From Thermoleophilia bacterium (GTDB taxonomy: Bacteria; Actinomycetota; Thermoleophilia; Gaiellales; Gaiellaceae): 64,000 nt of DNA. This document shows, in pieces, positions 1 to 8,072 of this stretch (its first letter is position 1; each line of letters opens with the position of its first letter). The translations under genes and the position numbers were made by a program. The notes beneath the pieces were generated by a model. It was not told the origin of the DNA, did no database searches, and saw nothing but the letters and a program-made list of their open reading frames with translations. The DNA lies in NCBI GenBank assembly GCA_017882605.1, contig JADGPE010000002.1, forward strand, positions 9,381 to 73,380. Direction: 5' to 3'.

Positions 1-131
1 GAGGCGACCGCGATCGGCCACTGGGAGGCTGTCGCGCTGTAGACCGCGATCCCGGCAAACGCCACGGTGATCAGGCTGAAGAGGGCGGCCAGGGGCACGC
101 GGCGATGGTACTGCGGAGACCGCCGATACAA
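1..131 (-). CDS. hypothetical membrane-anchored protein, N-terminal fragment (continues past window start)
   Basis: Reverse frame opens at TTG 131..129 and reads LYRRSPQYHRRVPLAALFSLITVAFAGIAVYSATASQWPIAVA (basic N-region then hydrophobic helix); no clear SD; truncated by window edge. Confidence 0.3.
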   Translation of the reverse strand, partial: MYRRSPQYHRRVPLAALFSLITVAFAGIAVYSATASQWPIAVA

Positions 132-146
132 TCGGAACCGCAGCCC

Positions 147-219
147 AGGGGCGTGGCGCAATTGGTAGCGCACCGGTCTCCAAAACCGGGGGTTGCAGGT
201 TCGAGTCCTGTCGCCCCTG
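147..219 (+). tRNA. trpT: tRNA-Trp (anticodon CCA)
   Basis: AGGGGCG...CGCCCCT acceptor stem, D-arm GCGCAATTGGTAGCGC, anticodon loop CT-CCA-AA at 178-184, T-arm GGTTCGAGTCC; 73 nt, no encoded CCA tail. Confidence 0.93.
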
Positions 220-236
220 CTCTGCGTGTTCAGGCC

Positions 237-262
237 GAAACCCCGTGGCGATGCGGGGTTTC
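237..262 (+). terminator. hairpin downstream of tRNA-Trp
   Basis: GAAACCCCG (237-245) / loop TGGCGATG / CGGGGTTTC (254-262), 9-bp stem; weak T tail. Confidence 0.35.
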
Positions 263-408
263 GTGCTGACCGCCGTGATTCCAGAGCGAATCAGGGTCGG
301 TGCGGTAGCAGGGATTCGGCTTTCCCTCACCGGCGCTTAATACCGCCCGGTTCCCGCGCGAGTAGGCTGACGTTTCGCCACCATCGAGATCCGAATCGAG
401 GTGTTCGC

Positions 409-702
409 ATGGCTGTCACGGTCACCGACGCGACGGCGAGGAGCGGAAAGCGACGGGGGAACGAGGCACTGCTCGGCCACCGAGGCGAGGAAGGAAGCTC
501 GACCGCGTGGTCGGACGAGCGGGTCGCGTTCGCCTGCGAGTGCGACCGGAGCGGCTGTTCGGAAACGGTCTGGATGGTCGAGAGCCACTTCCGCCGGGTC
601 GCGCAGGCGGACGGCGTCACGCTCGTAGCGCTCGGTCACGCCGGGCCGGGCGATCACGTGATCGCCAGCACTGCCAACTACCTCCTCGTCAGCAGGGACT
701 GA
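409..702 (+). CDS. hypothetical small protein (97 aa, CxC...C motif)
   Basis: Internal ATG of ORF 193..702; high GC3 frame MAVTVTDATARSG...FACECDRSGCSETVWM...; no family recognised. Confidence 0.45.
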   Translation: MAVTVTDATARSGKRRGNEALLGHRGEEGSSTAWSDERVAFACECDRSGCSETVWMVESHFRRVAQADGVTLVALGHAGPGDHVIASTANYLLVSRD

Positions 703-719
703 GGCGCAAAGGACCGGCC

Positions 720-2240
720 TCAGGGGTTGGCGGAGGCCGTGGCCGCCGGCTGCTGCACGCCGAGCGGCAGCCGGAGCAAGAACGTCGAGCCCTTCCCGGG
801 CGCCGACTGAACGTCGAGCGTGCCTTCGTGGGAGGAGACGATGTCCCGGGCGACCGCGAGCCCGAGCCCGGTGCCGCCGACGGTCGCCGCGGCGTCGGCC
901 GCGCGGAAGAACTTCTCGAAGACGCGCTGACCGTCCTGCGGACTGATGCCGATGCCGTCGTCGGAAACGGAGACGACCGCGTCGCGCCCTTCCGAGCGCA
1001 CCGAGACCCTCACCTCCCCGTCCGGGGGCGAGTACTTGATCGCGTTCGAGAGCAGGTTGCCGACGACCTGCGAAAGCCGGTCGCGATCGCCGTCCACGAC
1101 CAGGGGCTCGCCAGGAAGGTCGAGCGCCAGGCGATGGCTCGCGGGCTCCAGGAAGAACAGCTGCGCCTGCTCGCGGACGAGCTCGGCGAGGTCGAACCGC
1201 GTTCGAACCAGCGTGAGGTCGCCGCCGGCCAGGAGCTGCACGTCCAGGAAATCACCGGCGAGCGACGCGAGGCGGCGGGCCTGCGTGTCGATGATCTCCA
1301 GATAGCGGCGTTGTTCGTCGGGCGGAAAATCGCGTTCGAGCAGCAGGGCCGTGAAGCCGAGCACAGCCGAAAGAGGCGTGCGCAGCTCGTGCGAGACCAT
1401 GCTGATCAGGTCGCGCTTGTGCCGCTCGCCTTCACGGAGCTGCTCGTTCTGGGCGATCAGCTGGTGCCGCCCAAGCTCGAGCGAGCCCGTCATCGAGTTG
1501 AAGGCCGTCACGAGCGCGCTGACCTCCGCCGTTCCCTCGGGTTCGAGGCGCACGGTGAGGTCCCCGCCTGCAACCTCGACCGCGGCTTCCGCGACCCGGC
1601 GCACTGGTCGCGCCACACCGCGTGCGACCCAGGCGCCGAACAACAGCACGAGCGCGGACGAGACGACGATCGCGCCGATGCCGACGCCGACCGCGACGTT
1701 CGCCACATCTCGCGCGTGTGCCGACGCGTTTCCGGCCCGCCGGTTCTCGGCCGCGAGCAGCTCGTCGAGGGTGCCGTTGATCTCGCCGATGCGGCGCTTC
1801 GCCTCACTGCCCGCCGCCTGTCCGGTCGCCGCCGCCCGTGAGAGCTGCGCGAGGAAGATCACATTGTCGGCGTAGTCGACCAGGTACCCCTGCAGCTCGT
1901 TCTCGACGCGCTGGGCCCGCACCCGCTGTGGCGGATCGTCCCGGACGAGATCGCGAAGGCGACCGACGTCGGCGGGCACGCGCGCTCGTGCGGTTTGAAA
2001 GATGACGACGAACCGAGGGTTTGCCGAAAGCACGTAGCCGCGCAACGCCGACTCGAGATCGGCCGAGAGCGTCCTCACGCGAAGTGTCGCGACGGTGACG
2101 TCCTTCGAGCGCGATTCCCGCGCCTCCGCGTTCCGGAGCGAAAGGATGGCGACGAGTGCGGCGACGAAGAGGATGCCGACGAGTGCTGCGATGCCGGCGG
2201 CGAGCAGCCCAACTCGCTGGACGAGCGACAGGCGCCTCAC
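720..2240 (-). CDS. sensor histidine kinase, CHASE3-HAMP-HisKA-HATPase
   Basis: N-terminal TM helix, CHASE3-like ESALRGYVLSANPRF, H-box SHELRTPLSAV, G-boxes DDGIGI / GGTGLGLAV; start set to GTG 2240 which overlaps upstream stop as GTGA. Confidence 0.85.
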   Translation of the reverse strand: MRRLSLVQRVGLLAAGIAALVGILFVAALVAILSLRNAEARESRSKDVTVATLRVRTLSADLESALRGYVLSANPRFVVIFQTARARVPADVGRLRDLVRDDPPQRVRAQRVENELQGYLVDYADNVIFLAQLSRAAATGQAAGSEAKRRIGEINGTLDELLAAENRRAGNASAHARDVANVAVGVGIGAIVVSSALVLLFGAWVARGVARPVRRVAEAAVEVAGGDLTVRLEPEGTAEVSALVTAFNSMTGSLELGRHQLIAQNEQLREGERHKRDLISMVSHELRTPLSAVLGFTALLLERDFPPDEQRRYLEIIDTQARRLASLAGDFLDVQLLAGGDLTLVRTRFDLAELVREQAQLFFLEPASHRLALDLPGEPLVVDGDRDRLSQVVGNLLSNAIKYSPPDGEVRVSVRSEGRDAVVSVSDDGIGISPQDGQRVFEKFFRAADAAATVGGTGLGLAVARDIVSSHEGTLDVQSAPGKGSTFLLRLPLGVQQPAATASANP

Positions 2241-2629
2241 CGGCCGCGCCCGACGAGCTCTTCGGCGATCGACAGCACATCCTCGACACGAAACGGCTTC
2301 GGCAGGAAGCTGTCCGCGCCGTTCTCCAGCGCGAGGGCGACGTCCTCCGGCGCCTGCCACGCCGAGACCACGACCACCCCGAGGTCCTGCAGGGCAGGAT
2401 CGGCTCTGATCTCGCGCAACACGTCGATCCCACCGAGCCCCGGCAGCATCACGTCGAGGAACACGAGGTCGGACGGCGACTCACGCAACTGGATGAGCGC
2501 CGTTTCCCCGTCCGAAGCCTCCTCGCACCGAAACGTGTCGCCGAGTGTCACGACGATCAGCTCCCGCAGCGGTGCCTCGTCGTCGACGACGAGCACACGC
2601 GGCCGATCGTCGACCAGCCCGCCCGTCAC
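2237..2629 (-). CDS. single-domain (receiver-only, CheY-like) response regulator
   Basis: VLVVDDE...DLVFLDVMLPGLGG...KPF receiver motifs, 130 aa, no output domain; GTGA overlaps at both ends. Confidence 0.85.
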   Translation of the reverse strand: MTGGLVDDRPRVLVVDDEAPLRELIVVTLGDTFRCEEASDGETALIQLRESPSDLVFLDVMLPGLGGIDVLREIRADPALQDLGVVVVSAWQAPEDVALALENGADSFLPKPFRVEDVLSIAEELVGRGR

Positions 2630-3090
2630 CCGACCAGCCGGAAGAGGAGCACCTCGTGCCGCGGGCGAAGGTGGGTTGCCGTGACCGTGAGGGTGCCGCG
2701 CGCATTGTCGTAGAGGCCGGTGCCGCCGACAACCGGAATCTCATAGAGGAGCCTCGACTGCAGCGCGCCGGCGGCGACGAGCGTTCCTTTCGGAAGCACG
2801 TAGGTCGCAACGCACGTCCGGTTTCGCGCGTCGACGAATGTGCAGGTGACCACTCCGCGACCGATGGGCTTGCGTGTGACGCGCGGGTTGTAGAGCCGCT
2901 CGGTGACCGTCTCGATGGTGCCCGCGTCGGCGCCGTTCGCCGGATGCGCCAGGCGATATGTCACTTGGACGTCGGTGATCCGGATCTGTGCGGGCCCCGT
3001 AGCTCCCTGCGCACCGAGTGTCAGGGCCAGCGCGACGCCCATGCCGGCGAGCGCTCCCAGCGCCACTCCTCGCCTCTTGGCTCGAATCAT
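2626..3090 (-). CDS. secreted protein with dirigent/allene-oxide-cyclase-like beta-barrel motif
   Basis: Signal peptide MIRAKRRGVALGALAGMGVALALTLGAQG; VVGGTGLYDNARGTLTV motif; SD GAAGGGGGG upstream of ATG 3090. Confidence 0.65.
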   Translation of the reverse strand: MIRAKRRGVALGALAGMGVALALTLGAQGATGPAQIRITDVQVTYRLAHPANGADAGTIETVTERLYNPRVTRKPIGRGVVTCTFVDARNRTCVATYVLPKGTLVAAGALQSRLLYEIPVVGGTGLYDNARGTLTVTATHLRPRHEVLLFRLVG

Positions 3091-3147
3091 GAATCCCCCC
3101 TTCTCGTCGCCGTGAACAGTTTCGCACAGGCGCCCGTCGGGCCGTGC

Positions 3148-4179
3148 TCAGCGGCCGGTGAGCAGCGCGACAGCAGCCCGCGCCGCCACGAGCTCCTCAC
3201 GGGCCCGGACGACGGAGACACGGACGACCGAGGACGGCGAGCTGAGGTCGGCATCCATCTCGCAGACCGCGTTGCGCGTCTCGTCCAGCTCGATCCCGAG
3301 GTAGCCGAGCCGCCGGCAAACGCGACTGCGCACGAGCGCGGATCCCTCGCCGATTCCTGCCGTGAAGACGAGCGCATCCAGACCGTGCGTCGCCGCGCTC
3401 ATCGCGCCGATCGCGGCGACCAGACGGTGCACGAACACGTCGAAGGCACGGATCGCGTCGTCCTCCCCGGCGACCACCCGCTCCTCGAGCACGCGCATGT
3501 CACCCGAGCCGCCGGCGAGCCCTTTCAGGCCGGCCTCATGGTTGAGAGCCAGGTCGAGCTCGTCGACGCCCAGCCCGTACTCGCGCATGACGTAGAGGAT
3601 CGAGCCCGGATCGATCGAGCCCGAGCGGGTCGCCATCGGAACGCCTTCGAGCGGACTGAACCCCATCGTCGTGTCGACCGAACGGCCGTCGAGCACCGCA
3701 GTCACCGAGCAGCCACCACCGAGGTGGCAGACGATGAGCCGCGAAACCGGCACCCGTTCGGCGGACCACTGCACGGAGAGGCCGTGGAAGCCGTAGCGGT
3801 GCACCCCCCACTCCTCGCGCCACTGCCGCGGCAGGCCGTACGTCGCAGCCGCGTCGGGGATCGTGGCGTGAAAGCCCGTGTCGAACACCGCGACGTGCGG
3901 GACGTCGGGCAGCACGCTCTCCGCGTCCTCGATCGCCCGCATCGCAGGGGCGGTGTGCAGCGGCGCGAGCGGCTCGACCCGGAAGATCGCCGCGCGCACC
4001 TCACCGTCGATCACCACCGGCCGGCGAAACCTCGGACCGCCGTGGACGACCCGGTGCGCAACGGCCTCGACGCGACCGACCGCCGCGGCGAGCGAGTCGA
4101 TCCGCTCGGCTGCTCCGTCCTCCCGGACGAGATGGAGCTTCATGCTCGTCGACCCGGCGTTGACGACGAGGACGTTCAG
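3148..4179 (-). CDS. ackA: acetate kinase (short form), probable CTG start
   Basis: [38 protein letters not shown] motifs; conserved N-terminal [12 protein letters not shown] lies upstream of the first ATG (4143), only in-frame start after stop 4182-4180 is CTG 4179. Confidence 0.8.
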   Translation of the reverse strand: MNVLVVNAGSTSMKLHLVREDGAAERIDSLAAAVGRVEAVAHRVVHGGPRFRRPVVIDGEVRAAIFRVEPLAPLHTAPAMRAIEDAESVLPDVPHVAVFDTGFHATIPDAAATYGLPRQWREEWGVHRYGFHGLSVQWSAERVPVSRLIVCHLGGGCSVTAVLDGRSVDTTMGFSPLEGVPMATRSGSIDPGSILYVMREYGLGVDELDLALNHEAGLKGLAGGSGDMRVLEERVVAGEDDAIRAFDVFVHRLVAAIGAMSAATHGLDALVFTAGIGEGSALVRSRVCRRLGYLGIELDETRNAVCEMDADLSSPSSVVRVSVVRAREELVAARAAVALLTGR

Positions 4180-6518
4180 TCAGGCCACGACCAGTCGCGC
4201 ACGTCCGGATGATCCTCGCCGTGCTCGCGCGTCCAGGCGCGCATCTGCAGGCGCTTGTCGACCATCTCCTGGCGGAGATGTGCGGCGCGCTCGGCGAGCC
4301 CCGGCACGCGGTCGATCACGTCGATCACGAGATGGAAGCGGTCGAGGTCGTTCAGCATCACCATGTCGAACGGTGTCGTCGTCGTTCCCTCCTCCTTGTA
4401 GCCGCGCACGTGGAGGTTGTCATGCGCCCGGCGCCGGTAGGTCAGGCGGTGGATGAGCCACGGGTACCCGTGGTAGGCGAACACGGCCGGAGTCGTCGGC
4501 GGGAAGAGCGCATCGAACTCATGGTCCGACAGACCGTGCGGATGCTCACTATCGGGCTGCAGGCGCATCAGATCGACGACATTGACGACGCGAACCTTCA
4601 ACGCGGGCAGGCGGTCACGCAGCAACGCTGCCGCGGCGACCACCTCGAGCGTCGGGGTGTCTCCCGCGCAGGCGAGGACGACGTCCGGCTCGCCGCCGTC
4701 GTCGTTCGATGCCCAGTCCCAGATCCCGATGCCGCGTGTGCAATGAACGATCGCCTCGTCCATCGGCAAGTAGTTCAACGCCGGCTGCTTGCCGGCGACG
4801 ATCACGTTCACGTAGTTGCGGCTCCGCAGACAGTGATCGGCAACGCTGAGGAGCGTGTTCGCATCCGGCGGGAGATAGACGCGGACGACCTCCGCCTTCT
4901 TGTTCACGACGTGATCGATGAAGCCCGGATCCTGGTGCGAGAAGCCGTTGTGGTCCTGCCGCCAGACGTGCGAGCTGAGCAGGTAGTTCAACGACGCGAT
5001 CGGCCTGCGCCAGGGGATCTCGCGGGTGACCTTCAACCATTTCGCGTGCTGGTTGAACATCGAGTCGACGATGTGAATGAACGCCTCGTAGCAATTGAAG
5101 ACGCCGTGCCTGCCCGTCAGCAGGTAGCCCTCGAGCCAGCCCTGGCACAAATGCTCGGACAGCACCTCGACGACGCGGCCCTCCGGCGCGAGGTGCTCGT
5201 CGGTCGGCAGGATCGCCGCCTCCCACTGCCGGTCGGTGACGGAGAGGATGTCGCCGAGCCGGTTCGACTCGGTCTCATCCGGGCCGAACACCCGGAAGCT
5301 GTCGGGGTTCGCGTCGACGACGCCCGCGAGAAAACGCCCGAGCACCCGCATCGCCTCGCTCGAGCCCGTCGCCGGACGGTCGACGTCGACCGCAAACCGA
5401 CGGAAGTCCGGAAGCTCGAGGTCGCGCAGCAGCAAACCGCCGTTCGCATGGGGATTGGCGCTCATGCGGCGCTCGCCGTCCGGCGCGAGGGCACGCAACT
5501 CGGGGACGAGCGCCCCCTGGTCGTCGAACAGCTCCTCGGGGCGGTAGCTGCGCAGCCACTCCTCGAGCTGGCGGCGATGTTCCTCGTTGTTGCGCGTGTC
5601 GGCGAGCGGCACCTGGTGTGAGCGCCACGTGTTCTCGACGGGCAGCCCGTCCACGATCGCCGGCCCGGTCCAGCCCTTCGGCGTGCGCAGGATGATCATC
5701 GGCCAGCGCGGCCGCTCGCGTGCCGTGCGCTTGAGCTCGGCGATCTCGTCGAGCGCGTCGTCGAGCGCGGCCGCGAGGTCGCGGTGCACCTGCTCGGGCT
5801 CGTCGCCGGAGACGATCAGCGGCCGATGGCCGTAGCCCTCGAACAGCGCGACGAGATCGGGCTCGGGGATCCGCGCGAGCACGGTCGGGTTCGCGATCTT
5901 GTAGCCGTTCAGGTGCAGAATCGGGAGCACAGCGCCGTCACGCTGCGGCTGCAGGAACTTGTTTGCGTGCCAGCTCGTCGCAAGCGGCCCCGTTTCGGCC
6001 TCGCCGTCGCCGACAACGCAGGTGACGAGCAAATCCGGATTGTCGAAGGCCGCCCCGTACGCATGGGCCAGCGAGTAGCCGAGCTCGCCACCCTCGTGGA
6101 TCGAGCCCGGCGTCTCCGGCGCAACATGGCTCGGGATCCCGCCCGGGAACGAGAACTGCCTGAAGAGGCGCCGCAGACCCTCCTCGTTCTCCTGGATGTG
6201 CGCATAGAACTCGCTGTAGGAGCCCTCGAGGTAGGCGTTCGCGACCATCCCCGGCCCGCCGTGGCCGGGACCGCAGACATAGATCGCGTTCAGGTCGCGG
6301 GCGCGGATCTGACGGTTCATGTGCGCGTAGACGAGGTTCAGGCCGGGTGTCGTGCCCCAATGGCCGAGCAACCGCGGCTTGACGTGCTCGGGCCGCAGCG
6401 GCTCGCGCAGCAGCGGGTTGTCGAGCAGGTAGATCTGCCCGACCGAGACGTAGTTCGCGGCACGCCAGTAGGCGTCGATCAACCGAAGCTCCTGCGGCTC
6501 GATCGGTGTCCGCGCCAT
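4176..6518 (-). CDS. xfp: xylulose-5-P/fructose-6-P phosphoketolase
   Basis: [52 protein letters not shown] phosphoketolase/TPP motifs; start moved to ATG 6518 (MARTPIEPQ), 780 aa. Confidence 0.92.
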   Translation of the reverse strand: MARTPIEPQELRLIDAYWRAANYVSVGQIYLLDNPLLREPLRPEHVKPRLLGHWGTTPGLNLVYAHMNRQIRARDLNAIYVCGPGHGGPGMVANAYLEGSYSEFYAHIQENEEGLRRLFRQFSFPGGIPSHVAPETPGSIHEGGELGYSLAHAYGAAFDNPDLLVTCVVGDGEAETGPLATSWHANKFLQPQRDGAVLPILHLNGYKIANPTVLARIPEPDLVALFEGYGHRPLIVSGDEPEQVHRDLAAALDDALDEIAELKRTARERPRWPMIILRTPKGWTGPAIVDGLPVENTWRSHQVPLADTRNNEEHRRQLEEWLRSYRPEELFDDQGALVPELRALAPDGERRMSANPHANGGLLLRDLELPDFRRFAVDVDRPATGSSEAMRVLGRFLAGVVDANPDSFRVFGPDETESNRLGDILSVTDRQWEAAILPTDEHLAPEGRVVEVLSEHLCQGWLEGYLLTGRHGVFNCYEAFIHIVDSMFNQHAKWLKVTREIPWRRPIASLNYLLSSHVWRQDHNGFSHQDPGFIDHVVNKKAEVVRVYLPPDANTLLSVADHCLRSRNYVNVIVAGKQPALNYLPMDEAIVHCTRGIGIWDWASNDDGGEPDVVLACAGDTPTLEVVAAAALLRDRLPALKVRVVNVVDLMRLQPDSEHPHGLSDHEFDALFPPTTPAVFAYHGYPWLIHRLTYRRRAHDNLHVRGYKEEGTTTTPFDMVMLNDLDRFHLVIDVIDRVPGLAERAAHLRQEMVDKRLQMRAWTREHGEDHPDVRDWSWPD

Positions 6519-6829
6519 GGCCGTCACTCTGCCAGTTCCCTGCAAGCCGTGGAGATCCGCAATTCCACGGATTCGCGGAGCCGCGGCGCCGCGCGACACT
6601 GGCAACGCACCCGAACAGGAGGCGCGCAACGGCCACGCGCGAGCAGTGGGCTCCGCTCCCCGACCTCGAGATCGTCGAACGGCGGTTGCGCCGCCTCTTC
6701 GAGGACGTTGGCGCCCCACCGTCGGTGACCCTGGCTGCCGATGTCCACGAGACCGGCATCGGCAAAGGTGCTGCGAAACCACGGAACGTGAAGATCCTCG
6801 AGAAGTGACCCCGGACACGCCCAAACCTT

Positions 6830-6863
6830 GCGCGGCCGCCGGATGACTCCGCGGCGGCCGCGC
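6830..6863 (+). other. 12-bp GC-only hairpin carrying two NotI-type GCGGCCGC cores
   Basis: GCGCGGCCGCCG (6830-6841) pairs with CGGCGGCCGCGC (6852-6863), 10-nt loop; sits 24 nt upstream of the DUF1918 ATG. Confidence 0.45.
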
Positions 6864-6886
6864 AGACAGTTCGAGAAAGGACGTTC

Positions 6887-7135
6887 ATGACAAAGGCGAC
6901 GACCCCAGCCCCAGCCGTCGGTGATCACGTCGAAATCGTCGGTCACAAGGTCGGCGAGGCCCCACGCAGCGGTGAGATCGTCGAGGTGCTCGGCCCAGCA
7001 CCGAACCAGCACTTCCGAGTCCGCTGGGAGGACAGCCACGTCTCGCTGCTCTACCCGGGCAGCGACGTGGAGATCGTTCATCAGCGTGCTTCGTCGACCG
7101 CCCGCAAGCCCCGCGGGACGGCTCACCCCGCCTGA
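6887..7135 (+). CDS. DUF1918-like small protein
   Basis: GDHVEIVGHKVGEAPRSGEIVEVLG...FRVRWEDSHVSLLYPGSD matches the DUF1918 pattern; SD GAAAGGA before ATG. Confidence 0.75.
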   Translation: MTKATTPAPAVGDHVEIVGHKVGEAPRSGEIVEVLGPAPNQHFRVRWEDSHVSLLYPGSDVEIVHQRASSTARKPRGTAHPA

Positions 7136-7142
7136 GCCCGGC

Positions 7143-7556
7143 TCACCCCGCCGAGTGCGCCCTGGCGTCGATTCGCTCGGCGAATTCGGCGCCGCCTTCG
7201 ATCGCCCGGCGCACTGGGCACGCCGCGGCCACGGCGTCGAGACGCGCGACTTGGGCCGGCGTCAGTTCGGCGCCGATGCTGATCTCGATCTCGAATCGCC
7301 TCGGCACGGACCGATGGTCGTAGTCGACGTCCACCGACACCTCCCCGAGCGCCCAGCCCTTCGTACGGGCATACATGACGAGCTGCGTCGAGATGCACGC
7401 AGCGAGCGCCGCCGGCAGCAGCTCGTGCGGTGAAGGACCGGCGTCCTCACCGCCGACGGTCTCGGGCTCGTCCGTCGTCAGGTGGTGACGTCCGTCGATC
7501 TCGACGTCCTGTCGCAGTGTCCCCGGGATCGCCCGGGCGGAAGCAGTGAGGTTCAT
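7143..7556 (-). CDS. OsmC/Ohr family peroxiredoxin-like protein
   Basis: GPSPHELLPAALAACIS...AAACPV two-Cys OsmC signature; start at ATG 7556 (MNLTASARAI). Confidence 0.85.
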   Translation of the reverse strand: MNLTASARAIPGTLRQDVEIDGRHHLTTDEPETVGGEDAGPSPHELLPAALAACISTQLVMYARTKGWALGEVSVDVDYDHRSVPRRFEIEISIGAELTPAQVARLDAVAAACPVRRAIEGGAEFAERIDARAHSAG

Positions 7557-7690
7557 ACCTGCACTGTGGCCCGAGCGGAGGGGCGGTGCCATCGGGGAGG
7601 CTGCCGAACGGGCTGCGGCAAACCCCGGCGCCGAGAACGACGAGGGAGCGCCCCCAGACGCTCCCCGGTCGTACCTGACAAGGCGGTTGA

Positions 7691-8050
7691 TCACATGGCG
7701 ATCGGTTTGCGGTGTTCCTGTTGAACGTGCTCAGTCGTCGCCACTGCCCAGAGAAGGACGAAGGCCAGAACGAGCAACGAGAGCGCCGTCAGCGAACCGG
7801 TCACGATGGCGAGCACCGCGAGCACGAGCGCGACCGTCCCGAGCCCGGCGAGCAGGCGCGTCAGAACACCGCTCGAGCGCGTGCCGAGAGAGCACGCTCC
7901 AATGCCGAGCAGCGTGACTGCTGCTGCCGCCCAACGGTGGCTGTCGCCGACGAGTGGCACGTTCCATCCTTGATGCGTTGCGAAGAACGTGAGCACCGCG
8001 AGCGCGGTCAGCGTCGTGGCGGCGACGTCCTTGGGTTTCAAAGCAATCAC
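7691..8050 (-). CDS. hypothetical 4-TM membrane protein
   Basis: GTG 8050 preceded by GGAGG; hydrophobic helices TLTALAVLTFF, AAAVTLLGIGA, GLGTVALVLAVLAIV, LSLLVLAFVLLWAV. Confidence 0.6.
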   Translation of the reverse strand: MIALKPKDVAATTLTALAVLTFFATHQGWNVPLVGDSHRWAAAAVTLLGIGACSLGTRSSGVLTRLLAGLGTVALVLAVLAIVTGSLTALSLLVLAFVLLWAVATTEHVQQEHRKPIAM

Positions 8051-8072
8051 TCTCGTACCTCCCTTCTGAAGG

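Noticed and set aside
220-720. Possible genomic-island insertion next to tRNA-Trp
   Set aside because: No integrase, no recognisable direct repeat of the tRNA 3-prime end, and no compositional break visible by eye. Only a small hypothetical gene follows.
6519-6824. 102 extra N-terminal codons on the phosphoketolase ORF, and similar extensions on ppdK (10659-10946), MFS (43136-43528), GGDEF (63417-63809) and the ACAD (61574-62323)
   Set aside because: Conserved family N-termini begin at the internal starts. The ppdK internal start follows a clear SD; I checked no SD for xfp, MFS or GGDEF, and the ACAD start lacks one. The extensions are Arg/Pro/Gly-rich.
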